Shown here one piece after another: positions 1 to 8,750 of a DNA stretch of 32,652 nucleotides. Position 1 is the stretch's first letter, and each line of letters starts with the position of its first letter. Under the pieces are notes generated by a model. The model searched no databases, was not told the origin of the DNA, and was given only the letters and a program-made list of their open reading frames with translations. Position numbers and translations under genes: made by a program. Source of the stretch: Bacteroidaceae bacterium (GTDB lineage Bacteria > Bacillota > Clostridia > Lachnospirales > Lachnospiraceae); NCBI GenBank assembly GCA_963620375.1, contig CAVFAM010000344.1, forward strand, positions 1-32,652. The letters are read 5' to 3'.

Positions 1-2
1 CA

Positions 3-449
3 ATTAAACTGAACGTAGTAAGACAGACCGTATCGAAGTGGGAGAATGGTTTATCAGTTCCAGATTCCAGTATGCTGATTATTTTGGCGGATGAACTGGA
101 TACTACGGTAAGTGAATTACTTGGGGAACTTGTAGCAGAACCGACTACCGATGATTTAAAGATTCTTTCTGAAAAGTTGGAAGTGATTAATTTGCAGCTT
201 GCAAAAAGAAGTGTAACAAAGGTAAAAACGATTCGATGGATTCTTATTTCATTGTGTGCGGTTATAGTGGTAATATATATCGCACTTGCATCTATGAATA
301 GTTTTTATTTGGATTGGAATTACAATGATCCTGAGTTGGCAGTGGCAGGAACAATACTGCATGGGTTTGAATTCTTGTTTGTAAGACTTGCACCGATTGC
401 TTTTTTGACTTCGGTGGTTGGAATTGTAATGACATATAAGAAAAGATAA
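3..449 (+). CDS. XRE-family HTH regulator with C-terminal transmembrane segments (5'-truncated by window edge)
   Basis: Frame is open from base 3: IKLNVVRQTVSKWENGLSVPDSSMLIILADELDTTVSELLG is the second half of an XRE HTH. Two hydrophobic segments follow. The ORF-track start at 72 is internal. Confidence 0.8.
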   Translation: MKLNVVRQTVSKWENGLSVPDSSMLIILADELDTTVSELLGELVAEPTTDDLKILSEKLEVINLQLAKRSVTKVKTIRWILISLCAVIVVIYIALASMNSFYLDWNYNDPELAVAGTILHGFEFLFVRLAPIAFLTSVVGIVMTYKKR

Positions 450-462
450 AATAAATATACTA

Positions 463-494
463 TTGACTCTCCCCTTTAGGGGAGATGATAGAAT
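463..494 (+). promoter_or_regulatory. MerR/BmrR-type promoter with operator in an elongated spacer
   Basis: TTGACT (463-468), 20-bp spacer, TAGAAT (489-494). Dyad TCTCCCCT-TT-AGGGGAGA at 468-485. A MerR-family gene lies in the same operon. Confidence 0.85.
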
Positions 495-527
495 CCTTCT
501 TGTAAAGATAACAAGGAGGATTTTTTT

Positions 528-1253
528 ATGAGCGAACAATGTATTCAAGTGAAAAATCTCACAAAATCATTTTCGGGAAGAAAAGTAATAAATGATCTTT
601 CTTTCGAAGTGAATAAGGGTGAGGTGTTTGCGCTGCTTGGTCATAATGGAGCAGGAAAAAGTACTACGATTGACTTGATTTTGGGACTGAAATGTCCGGA
701 CGAGGGAAATGCAACGATACTTGGAATGGATGCAGCAAAACACAGAAAAAAGGTATTTGAAAAAGTTGGGGTTCAACTTCAACATACCGAGTATCAGAAT
801 ATGATGACGGTGGAAGAAGCCTGCATTGAGTATGCTTCTTTGTATAAAAAGCCATCAGATTATAAAAAATTATTGCATTCGTTTGGATTGTCTGATTTGA
901 AAAAGAGTTATATCAACAAACTGTCTGGTGGAGAAAAACAGAAGCTTTCTGTTGTGCTGGCATTGATTGGGAATCCGGAGATTGTATTTTTGGATGAATT
1001 AACAACAGGTTTGGATGTGGCGGCAAGAAGAGAAGTATGGCGTACTTTAAAACATTTGAAAGAAAAAGGCCTTACTATCTTTCTGACCACACATTATATG
1101 GAGGAGGCGCAGGCACTTTGTGACCATGTATGCATTATTAAGTCAGGGGAAAAGGTAATAGAAGGTACTATTGCTGAAATTGTAAATGCTTCGGGAAAGA
1201 CTGATTTGGAAGAAGCATATCTTTATTTTATGGGTGAGGAGGAGCTGTTATGA
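528..1253 (+). CDS. ABC transporter ATP-binding protein (ABC-2/drug exporter type)
   Basis: Walker A GHNGAGKST, signature LSGGEKQK, Walker B VFLDE, TTH switch. RBS AAGGAGG upstream. Confidence 0.95.
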   Translation: MSEQCIQVKNLTKSFSGRKVINDLSFEVNKGEVFALLGHNGAGKSTTIDLILGLKCPDEGNATILGMDAAKHRKKVFEKVGVQLQHTEYQNMMTVEEACIEYASLYKKPSDYKKLLHSFGLSDLKKSYINKLSGGEKQKLSVVLALIGNPEIVFLDELTTGLDVAARREVWRTLKHLKEKGLTIFLTTHYMEEAQALCDHVCIIKSGEKVIEGTIAEIVNASGKTDLEEAYLYFMGEEELL

Positions 1254-1984
1254 AAAGATTTTTGACGATGTATAAAATAGAACAGAAGATATACTTTCGT
1301 TCACCGGATGTTATTCTGTTTGGATTATTGATGCCGGTTGTCGTATTTGCATTGATTACGATGATAGGCGGTAATAAGGAAGCGGCCGATTCCGGATTGA
1401 CATTTTTACAGAGCGCATTTGTATCATTATCTACCGTGGGAATATGCTGCACTGCATTTATGAGTATTCCAATAACGATTGTAGAGCTTAGAAATCAGGG
1501 GATTCTCCGCAGAATGTATTGCAGTCCGTGTTCACCTGCAAGATTACTTACTTGTGATATTCTTTCCAGTAGCATGATAGCAATCATTTCTACGATTATT
1601 TTAACGGTAGCTGCGATTCTTTTTGGATATCGAATGAGTGGAAATGTCTTTGCTTTTGTAGGGGTATGGTTACTTACGATGGTTTCTATGTTTTCGATTG
1701 GACTTTTGGTGGCAAGCCTATGTCGTACAACAAAATCTATGAATGTTGCAACAAGCCTTTTGTATTTTCCGATGTTGTTATTTTCAGGAGCAACGATTCC
1801 GGCAGAAGTATTTCCGGCTGGAGTTCGTGCTGTAATCAAATGGATGCCACTGGGAATTGGAATTGATACATTAAAAAAGGTGTCCATTGATTGCTTTGAT
1901 GATATACTTATTTCGGTGATTATTTTACTTGTGATAGCAGTAATCTGTACAAGTGTTGCTGTAAAAACATTCAGGTGGGAGTGA
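1250..1984 (+). CDS. ABC-2 type transporter permease
   Basis: About 6 hydrophobic helices, ELRNQGILRR and LFSGATIP motifs. ATGA overlap with the ATPase gene. Confidence 0.9.
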   Translation: MKRFLTMYKIEQKIYFRSPDVILFGLLMPVVVFALITMIGGNKEAADSGLTFLQSAFVSLSTVGICCTAFMSIPITIVELRNQGILRRMYCSPCSPARLLTCDILSSSMIAIISTIILTVAAILFGYRMSGNVFAFVGVWLLTMVSMFSIGLLVASLCRTTKSMNVATSLLYFPMLLFSGATIPAEVFPAGVRAVIKWMPLGIGIDTLKKVSIDCFDDILISVIILLVIAVICTSVAVKTFRWE

Positions 1985-1988
1985 TTCG

Positions 1989-2882
1989 ATGAAAATGTAT
2001 GAAGAACATGAAATGTGTGGAGAAGTAGATAGTGGTTCGTTATATAAGATTGGGCTGTTTGCTGCGATGAATCGTGTGACAGTGAAAGCTCTTCGTTTCT
2101 ATGAGGAGCAGGGGCTTTTGCTGCCGTCTTATATTGATGCTGAAACTGGATATCGTTATTATAAACTAAATCAAATGGCTACTATGCACCAAATATCAGC
2201 ATTAAAACAGGCTGGTTTTACCTTGGAAGAAATTGTACGCATCAATAATGGCGAAGATGAAGAAGCATTATTGCTAAAAAAGAAATCAGAAATTCTTTCA
2301 AAAATCGCTGAACTTACAAAACAGGTGGCTTTTTTAGATGGATATCTGGCAAAAAAGAAATCTTGTTTATTATCTCCAGTCTTAATCAAGGAGGTGCCGG
2401 AGTGTATAGTTGCTTATATGAAGACAAGACTTGATTCCTATGATAATCTATTTGATAAAATGCCTCAAATGGGAGAACTTATGGAACAGGCAGGATGTAT
2501 TTGCGCTCTCCCGGAATATTGTTTTACGAATTATTTGGAGCCGAATTATAAAGAAGAAGACATTCTGGTGGAATTGTGTGAATCAGTGAAAGAATGTAAG
2601 GATGATACCGGTGAACTTCATTTTAAAACGATGCCGAAACTCCAGGTAGCATCAATATTTCATAAGGGGTCATATAATACTTTGACCGCTTCTTATGAAA
2701 GTGTGCTAAGAAATGTGGAAGATAATGGATATGAGATTGTAGGGGCGATTCGGGAAAGTTATATAGATGGTGTTTGGAACAAAGAGGATGAAAGCGAATG
2801 GCTTACAGAAATTCAGGTGCCAATCAAAAAAATTACCAGTGAAGATGAAGATAATTTGAAGGAGAGACGAGATGATGAGTAA
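1989..2882 (+). CDS. MerR-family regulator with C-terminal GyrI-like effector domain (BmrR-like)
   Basis: YKIGLFA...VTVKALRFYEEQGLL...TGYRYY HTH; C-terminal HKGSY...IRESY...WLTEIQVP. Confidence 0.92.
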   Translation: MKMYEEHEMCGEVDSGSLYKIGLFAAMNRVTVKALRFYEEQGLLLPSYIDAETGYRYYKLNQMATMHQISALKQAGFTLEEIVRINNGEDEEALLLKKKSEILSKIAELTKQVAFLDGYLAKKKSCLLSPVLIKEVPECIVAYMKTRLDSYDNLFDKMPQMGELMEQAGCICALPEYCFTNYLEPNYKEEDILVELCESVKECKDDTGELHFKTMPKLQVASIFHKGSYNTLTASYESVLRNVEDNGYEIVGAIRESYIDGVWNKEDESEWLTEIQVPIKKITSEDEDNLKERRDDE

Positions 2883-2910
2883 AGGTATTATTTTATATCA
2901 ATCAAAGTAA
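2872..2910 (+). pseudogene. Truncated remnant resembling a flavodoxin-domain N-terminus (MMSKGIILYQSK*)
   Basis: RBS GAAGGAG at 2858-2864 and start overlapping the merR end. The peptide matches the flavodoxin start pattern xIxYxS(KYG-T) but stops after 12 codons. Confidence 0.45.
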
Positions 2911-2966
2911 GTAAGAAGAAAATTCCAGTTTGTCTGACTCACAACAATTTAATATCAAACTAATAC

Positions 2967-3003
2967 AAGCACTTTAGCCAATAAAGGTTAAGGTGCTTTT
3001 TTT
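2967..3003 (+). terminator. Intrinsic terminator
   Basis: AAGCACTTTAGCC-aataaa-GGTTAAGGTGCTT stem (13 bp including G-U pairs) followed by a T-tract. Confidence 0.75.
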
Positions 3004-3101
3004 GCACCTTGAAAGGAGGTGGTTGAAGCACACCACATCGGGGAAAGCCCGATTTAATCATTACAACAGGCATTGCCTGATCATATAGAGTTACTTTTAA
3101 C

Positions 3102-3138
3102 AGCCAGTTAGGGCTTATCCCTGCTGGCTTATTTTTTT
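3102..3138 (+). terminator. Terminator-like hairpin directly upstream of the pilin gene
   Basis: AGCCAGttAGGG-cttat-CCCTgCTGGCT followed by TATTTTTTT. Confidence 0.6.
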
Positions 3139-3159
3139 ATCGAAAAGGAGATAAACGAC

Positions 3160-3537
3160 ATGAGAAAAGAACAGATTATTACGACAAACAACAATCAGAT
3201 GGAGGAGAAAGGCATAAAGAGCAGATTCATTCACTTTAAAAAGAGATTCGTTCCGGCAGTATCCGGGGCACTTATGGGAGTAATGCTTATGAGCACTACT
3301 TGTTTTGCAGCAGGTACAGGTACTTCCGCAGTAACACAGCCGCTTGAGAATTTAAAGACACTTATCATTGCAGTCATTGGTGCGGTCGGTGTCATCATTC
3401 TTGCAAAGAATGTCATGGAGTTCGCACAAGCCTACCAGCAGCAGGATTCATCTACTATGAACTCCGCTCTGAAAGGAATTGTAGCAGGTGTCATGATGGC
3501 TGGTATTTCAACAGTTCTGACATTCTTAGGCTTCTAA
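3160..3537 (+). CDS. VirB2/Maff2-like small conjugation membrane protein (pilin-like)
   Basis: Signal-like leader ending TTCFAA, then two hydrophobic helices separated by QQQDSSTMNSA. Located upstream of the virB6-like gene. Confidence 0.7.
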   Translation: MRKEQIITTNNNQMEEKGIKSRFIHFKKRFVPAVSGALMGVMLMSTTCFAAGTGTSAVTQPLENLKTLIIAVIGAVGVIILAKNVMEFAQAYQQQDSSTMNSALKGIVAGVMMAGISTVLTFLGF

Positions 3538-3541
3538 GATT

Positions 3542-3559
3542 GGGAAAATGCATTTTCCC
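3542..3559. repeat. Perfect 18-bp palindrome
   Basis: GGGAAAATGCATTTTCCC between the pilin-like and virB6-like genes. Confidence 0.7.
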
Positions 3560-3591
3560 TTTTAGTAAAAGGAAAGAGGTGAACAACAAGT

Positions 3592-4434
3592 ATGGATATT
3601 TTTAAGCTTGGAGACAAGATCCTTGCACTTCTTGAGGCGGTGTTTGGGTTTTGGAACAATCAGATATCCCTGGTCTTTGCAATGCTTGGACAGTCACCGG
3701 TCAGTTTCAAGGGCGGAGGTCCCTGGGCAGTTATTGAGGGTATAGAGCCGGTCTTTGTAGCGGTCGGCTCATCCCTCGTTGTGCTGTTCTTTGTTATCGG
3801 TTTCTGCTCGGAAAGCATAGATGTAAAAGATGAGATGAGGTTTGAATCAATCCTGCGTATGCTTATCCGACTGGGACTTGCAGAATGGTTTGTTGCAAAT
3901 AATGTCACAATCATGAAAGCGTTTTTTACTTCCATAGGAAATCTGGTGGGACTTATATCTGCCGGGACAACGACGCAGCTTGCCATTGACAGTTCACAGG
4001 CAGATATCATTAAGGGACTTGGATTTGGTGAAAGTCTGGTAATGCTGATACTTACAGCTTTGCTTGCAATCATCATTATTATCTGTGGATTCTTTATCAT
4101 TTACACAGTGTATTTCAGGTTCTTAAAGATACTGATTATTGTGCCGCTTGGTGCGATTGCATGCTCCACGATGGCAGGAAACAGAATGGTCAGCCATACA
4201 ATGGCTACTTACTGCAAATATTTCCTGTCATGTGTATTCGAGGCAGTAACGATGGCACTTGCGATTGTGGTATGTAATGCATTTATCAATGCAGGACTTC
4301 CGGCATTTACAGGAAGTTATGCTGACTGGGCACAGACGCTTATATATCTGTGTGAAATGACATTTACGATTGCAATGACTGTCGGAAGCGTGAAGGGTGC
4401 ACAGACACTTACAAGCAAGGCATTTGGATTATAG
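3592..4434 (+). CDS. VirB6/TrbL-like polytopic conjugation membrane protein
   Basis: Multiple transmembrane helices, YFRFLKILIIVPLGAIA motif, position between the pilin-like gene and prgI. Confidence 0.75.
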   Translation: MDIFKLGDKILALLEAVFGFWNNQISLVFAMLGQSPVSFKGGGPWAVIEGIEPVFVAVGSSLVVLFFVIGFCSESIDVKDEMRFESILRMLIRLGLAEWFVANNVTIMKAFFTSIGNLVGLISAGTTTQLAIDSSQADIIKGLGFGESLVMLILTALLAIIIIICGFFIIYTVYFRFLKILIIVPLGAIACSTMAGNRMVSHTMATYCKYFLSCVFEAVTMALAIVVCNAFINAGLPAFTGSYADWAQTLIYLCEMTFTIAMTVGSVKGAQTLTSKAFGL

Positions 4435-4446
4435 AAGGAGGCAAAA

Positions 4447-4857
4447 ATGGATAATGAAATGAAACAGGTTACTTATAATTCAAGTATAACCGGAGAAACG
4501 CAGGTGACATTTGATATCCAGCAGTATATGAATAACAGGGCAATGTTTATTGGTCTTATGTGTAACGAAGATGGACATGAGGAGCATTTTGGGGATGTGA
4601 CTGTGAATTTGTCGGTTGCAGCACCAAATTACTGCGGATATCTGAATGTGAATGACATGCCGGATATTGAAAAGTTTATTACAGACAATGACATTGGAGA
4701 GTTTACGGGATTTACGCAAAGGAGCGGTTTCTGTGAATATCCGCTTTATCTGTTCAATGTAGATAAGCTTAGGGAACTGTGTCCGGATGGAATGGATAAG
4801 TATGAGGCGAATATTGGAATGACAAGAAAGCCGGAGACAAAAGATTTATCAAGATAG
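4447..4857 (+). CDS. DUF4313-like ICE protein
   Basis: FGDVTVNL...YLNVNDMPDIEKFI...GEFTG...SGFCEYPLYLF pattern recalled for this family; RBS AAGGAGG. Confidence 0.6.
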   Translation: MDNEMKQVTYNSSITGETQVTFDIQQYMNNRAMFIGLMCNEDGHEEHFGDVTVNLSVAAPNYCGYLNVNDMPDIEKFITDNDIGEFTGFTQRSGFCEYPLYLFNVDKLRELCPDGMDKYEANIGMTRKPETKDLSR

Positions 4858-4869
4858 GAGGCAGGGACA

Positions 4870-5382
4870 ATGGTAATCGAAGTAAACAAGGATATTGACC
4901 GCTATCAGGAATCGGTTGCGATGGGACTTACAGCAAGGCAGCTTATATTTTCTATTGCAAGCGTAGTAGTCGGTGGCGGTATCGTCCTTCTTCTTTACAG
5001 GTATATCGGTCTTACGGGTTCTGCTTATGTGGCAATTCCCTGTGTGGCACCGATTGCACTTGGCGGTTTCTATTCCTTTAATGGGATGAATTTCTACGAG
5101 TATATGGGAAAGAAACTGCATTTTATGTTTGGAAACAGGGCACTTACCTATGTATCAACAGAGGGAGAGCCTGCAATAAAGCAGTTAGAAGCAGAACAGA
5201 ATGAACAGGTAAAGAAGAAAGGCAGAAAGGCTGAACAGGAGACTGTAACAGCTGATTCGGCTGTAAAGAAGCAGGAGGAGTTTGAAGCAATGAAGAAAAA
5301 GACGAGAAACATGCTGCTTGGACTTGTCGCAGTCATTGTGGCGGCAGTAGCAGGCATTGCAGCATATAAGGCAATGCATTAG
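4870..5382 (+). CDS. prgI: PrgI-family (VirB3-like) conjugation protein
   Basis: IEVNKDIDRYQE...GLTARQLIF, two transmembrane helices, NGMNFYEY. Lies immediately upstream of virB4. Confidence 0.85.
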   Translation: MVIEVNKDIDRYQESVAMGLTARQLIFSIASVVVGGGIVLLLYRYIGLTGSAYVAIPCVAPIALGGFYSFNGMNFYEYMGKKLHFMFGNRALTYVSTEGEPAIKQLEAEQNEQVKKKGRKAEQETVTADSAVKKQEEFEAMKKKTRNMLLGLVAVIVAAVAGIAAYKAMH

Positions 5383-5394
5383 AAACGAATAGTA

Positions 5395-5450
5395 TCTGAC
5401 CGCAAGGTCGGGAACACAGCCCGCAGGGTGAAGTTCCCGGCGGGCTTTCA
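5395..5450 (+). other. Tandem RNA hairpins in the prgI-virB4 spacer
   Basis: TCTGACC-GCAA-GGTCGGG (5395-5412) and AGCCCGCaGGG-tgaagtt-CCCgGCGGGCT (5418-5446). Confidence 0.55.
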
Positions 5451-5474
5451 TTATAAGAAAGCGAGGTTAGAGAC

Positions 5475-7865
5475 ATGGGTTTATTTACAGACGGATTTAA
5501 GTTATTAAAGAAGGCGAGTGAGCCTTTGTATAAGACACCTAAATCCATTCAGGAAACCATAGAGATTATGGCGGTGGCTGAAAACGGCATTTTTGAAGTA
5601 AGCAAAAATAAGTATTCCAAATGCTACCGCTTTCAGGACATCAATTACACGACAGCAACCGAGGATGAGCAGATTGGCATATTTGAAAGATACTGCAAGT
5701 TCTTAAACTCAATGGACTGTAATTATAAGATTACGATCAATAATAAGAACAAAAACATGGATGATCTCCGTGATAAGGTTCTTATCACAGAAAGAGAGGA
5801 TGGCTTCAATAATTACCGTAGAATCTACAATGACATTATCGAGGAGAAGATTATTGAGGGCAGACAGGGGATTGAACAGGAGAGATACCTGACAATCACG
5901 ATTGAGAGAAAGAACTTCGAGGAGGCAAAGGCACAGTTTGCTACCCTTGAGGCAACGATACACAAGGCTTTCATTGAGCTTGGGGCAGAGATTGTGCCGC
6001 TTAATGGCAATGAGAGACTGAAAGTGCTCTATGACTATTATCATCTTGGAGATGAGGGCAGTTTTGATTTTGATATCAAAAAGGCAAAGAAGGTCGGGGC
6101 AGATTTTAGAAATGATCTGTGCAATGGGATGGTGAAATATTTCCCAGACCATTTTGAGGATGAGAGTAAATTCTGCAAGGCACTTTTTATCAAAAAGTAT
6201 CCGAGCAGTTTATCAGACAGATTCATCAATGAGATTACTTCCCTTCCGGTTCATTCCATTACGAGCATTGATGTGGTGCCTATTCCAAAGGATTTGACCA
6301 CAAAGGTGCTTCAGAAGAAATACCTTGGTATTGAGTCGGATATCATTAAGCAGCAGAGAGTCCGTAACAAGAATAACGATTTTTCTACGGAAATCTCATA
6401 TGCGAAGAGAACGGAGAAAAAGGAGATTGAGGAAATCATGGATGATGTCCGTGAGAATGACCAGTGCCTTTTCTTCGTGGGAGTAACCATTATTCTTATG
6501 GCAGAAAGCAAGAAGGAGCTTGAGAGTGTATGTGAGACAGTAGAGACTATCGGAAAGCGTAACAGCTGCACGATTGATACACACTACTTAAAGCAGAGAG
6601 AAGCACTCAACACAGCACTTCCGATTGGAGTAAGACAGGTGGAAACAATGCGTACCCTTCTTACTCAGTCACTTGCGGTGCTTATGCCATTTAATGTGCA
6701 GGAGCTTAACGACAGCACAGGCAATTACTATGGTATCAACCAGATTAGCAAGAATGTGAATATCGGCAACAGAAAGAAGCTCATCAATGGAAATGGCTTT
6801 GTATTTGGTGTGCCGGGTTCCGGTAAATCCTTCTTCTGCAAGATGGAGATGGGCAGCGTATTCTTGTCGGGAGATGATGAAATAATCGTCATAGATCCAA
6901 TGAACGAATACTTTGATATTGCTGAGACTTATGGCGGAACTGTAGTAAATATGTCTACTTACACGGATAACTATGTGAATCCGCTGGAGATGGATGTATG
7001 GAGCCTTGATCCGAATGATTCAAAGGGAATGGTAAGAGAAAAAGGCGAGTTCATGCTTGGTCTTTGTGAGCAGTGCATCGGAGACAGCTTAAATTCGAGA
7101 CAGAAGTCAATCATCGACCGCTGTGTGAGAAAACTGTATATCGACATTGCAAGAAGCAAAGAGAAGTATATCCCGGTAATGAGTGATTTCTACGATATCC
7201 TTATGGCACAGCCGGAGGATGAGGCAAAAGACATTGCATTGTCACTAGAGCTTTTCGTAAATGGTTCACTTAACATCTTCAATCACCAGACAAATGTGGA
7301 TGTGGATAACAGATTCACAGTATATGGCATCAGGGACTTAGGTACGGAGCTTAGTCCTATCACAATGCTTGTCATGATGGAGTCTATTCAGAACAGGATT
7401 GTTGAGAATGGTAAGAGAGGCAAGGCAACATGGCTCTATATTGATGAGTTTCACGTCCTGCTTAATTCCAAGTATTCTGCAAAATATCTGCAGCAGCTCT
7501 GGAAGAAAGTAAGAAAGCAGGGAGGACTTTGTACCGGTATCACGCAGAATGTCGTCGATCTGTTGCAGAACTATACAGCAACCACAATGCTTGCAAACTC
7601 AGAGTTTGTGGCACTCTTAAAACAAGCGAATACAGACAGTTCCAAGATGGCAGAGGTTATCGGAGTATCAGAGGCACAGCTTCGATTCGTAACCAATACC
7701 GCTTCGGGAATGGGACTTATAAAGTTTGGTTCTGTGGTGATTCCGTTCGATAATCAGATTAGTAAGGATACAGACCTTTACAGACTGTACAACACCAATA
7801 TTCATGAGAAGATTGCAGAACAGAAGAAGCAAGGGGGATTTGAGAAACCTGTGATTTTGCAATAG
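5475..7865 (+). CDS. virB4: VirB4-like conjugal transfer ATPase
   Basis: Walker A GVPGSGKS, IDP motif, Walker B LYIDEFH, WKKVRKQGG and ITQN motifs; 796 aa. Confidence 0.93.
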   Translation: MGLFTDGFKLLKKASEPLYKTPKSIQETIEIMAVAENGIFEVSKNKYSKCYRFQDINYTTATEDEQIGIFERYCKFLNSMDCNYKITINNKNKNMDDLRDKVLITEREDGFNNYRRIYNDIIEEKIIEGRQGIEQERYLTITIERKNFEEAKAQFATLEATIHKAFIELGAEIVPLNGNERLKVLYDYYHLGDEGSFDFDIKKAKKVGADFRNDLCNGMVKYFPDHFEDESKFCKALFIKKYPSSLSDRFINEITSLPVHSITSIDVVPIPKDLTTKVLQKKYLGIESDIIKQQRVRNKNNDFSTEISYAKRTEKKEIEEIMDDVRENDQCLFFVGVTIILMAESKKELESVCETVETIGKRNSCTIDTHYLKQREALNTALPIGVRQVETMRTLLTQSLAVLMPFNVQELNDSTGNYYGINQISKNVNIGNRKKLINGNGFVFGVPGSGKSFFCKMEMGSVFLSGDDEIIVIDPMNEYFDIAETYGGTVVNMSTYTDNYVNPLEMDVWSLDPNDSKGMVREKGEFMLGLCEQCIGDSLNSRQKSIIDRCVRKLYIDIARSKEKYIPVMSDFYDILMAQPEDEAKDIALSLELFVNGSLNIFNHQTNVDVDNRFTVYGIRDLGTELSPITMLVMMESIQNRIVENGKRGKATWLYIDEFHVLLNSKYSAKYLQQLWKKVRKQGGLCTGITQNVVDLLQNYTATTMLANSEFVALLKQANTDSSKMAEVIGVSEAQLRFVTNTASGMGLIKFGSVVIPFDNQISKDTDLYRLYNTNIHEKIAEQKKQGGFEKPVILQ

Positions 7866-7891
7866 TTCGTTAGTGTAGAGATTTTGATTAA

Positions 7892-7988
7892 ATAATCGTT
7901 GATAAAGTTCAAACAACGAAATTCAACAAAGGATTGACAAAACAAAAGATTAGAGTTATTATAATCGTGTAAAAAGTTCAAACAACGA
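7892..7988 (+). repeat. Imperfect 28-bp direct repeat (period 69 bp) flanking a promoter
   Basis: ATAATCGTtgatAAAGTTCAAACAACGA (7892-7919) and ATAATCGTgtaaAAAGTTCAAACAACGA (7961-7988). Confidence 0.85.
7934..7962 (+). promoter_or_regulatory. Sigma-70/A promoter of the inserted two-gene cassette
   Basis: TTGACA (7934-7939), 17 bp, TATTAT (7957-7962), with TATAAT overlapping at 7960-7965. Dyad TTCAAAC-N5-GTTTGAA at 7977-7995. Confidence 0.75.
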
Positions 7989-8014
7989 GTTTGAATAACG
8001 AAAGGAGCGATTAA

Positions 8015-8242
8015 ATGACAAAAAATAACAAACGAGTTTTGGAGAATCTTATTGAAGCCGAAATTCAAGCAAATCCAAATGGCATTAACACGAGAACATT
8101 AATGCGCATAGTATACAACCAGTTGAAAGGAAGTATTCAAAATTTAAATATGCATCATGTTGCGGGAATGCTTAGTTGGGTATACAAATCAAAAGGTCAT
8201 GTGTTCTTGATAAGATCAAAAGGATATTCGATTATAGCATAG
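8015..8242 (+). CDS. Small basic hypothetical protein, possibly winged-helix-like
   Basis: RBS AAAGGAG; 75 aa; apparent helix-helix-helix-beta-hairpin pattern; AT-rich codon usage. Confidence 0.6.
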   Translation: MTKNNKRVLENLIEAEIQANPNGINTRTLMRIVYNQLKGSIQNLNMHHVAGMLSWVYKSKGHVFLIRSKGYSIIA

Positions 8243-8264
8243 TAATATAGATTGGAGGTACAAT

Positions 8265-8711
8265 ATGTATAACGAATCATATTTAAAAGAATTATACTCA
8301 ATCAGGGATAGAGTAAATGCTCTTATCTCATTAATGGAAAGAGAAGATAGTAATGAAGATGGTAAAAAAATGACAACTACAAAGATTATTGCAAAAAAAA
8401 CCACAGTAGGAGAGGTAAAGAAGAAGGCTATTCTTGAAGAGATATATAGAATGGGAGGAACAACAACGCCTGATGTAATCTCAGAATTGGCTATTAAGTA
8501 TGGGCGAAAACCGAGTTCAACTGCTGGATATTATTCTGGTAAAAAACCATCTTTAATTGCAACTGTAGATAAAAAAGCAAGAAAACTTACACCATATGGG
8601 GAAAGTATTGTTGAACAAACTCGTACTGATTGGGGAGAAGATTGGCTTGATCGCGTACCTCTTGATATAGTGGGTAATGAGAATACTCCTGATATGGAAA
8701 TAGAATTTTGA
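8265..8711 (+). CDS. Hypothetical protein with possible winged-helix domain
   Basis: RBS GGAGG; KKKAILEEIYRMGG...ELAIKYG...RKLTPYGESIVE resembles a wHTH ending in a LT-x-G wing motif. Confidence 0.65.
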   Translation: MYNESYLKELYSIRDRVNALISLMEREDSNEDGKKMTTTKIIAKKTTVGEVKKKAILEEIYRMGGTTTPDVISELAIKYGRKPSSTAGYYSGKKPSLIATVDKKARKLTPYGESIVEQTRTDWGEDWLDRVPLDIVGNENTPDMEIEF

Positions 8712-8750
8712 TTGTGAGATATAGTGGATTCATTTTGTGATCAATTATAC

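Noticed and set aside
7892..7988. 28-bp repeats with 69-bp period as a mini CRISPR array
   Set aside because: Only two imperfect copies, the intervening sequence is a consensus promoter, and there are no cas genes.
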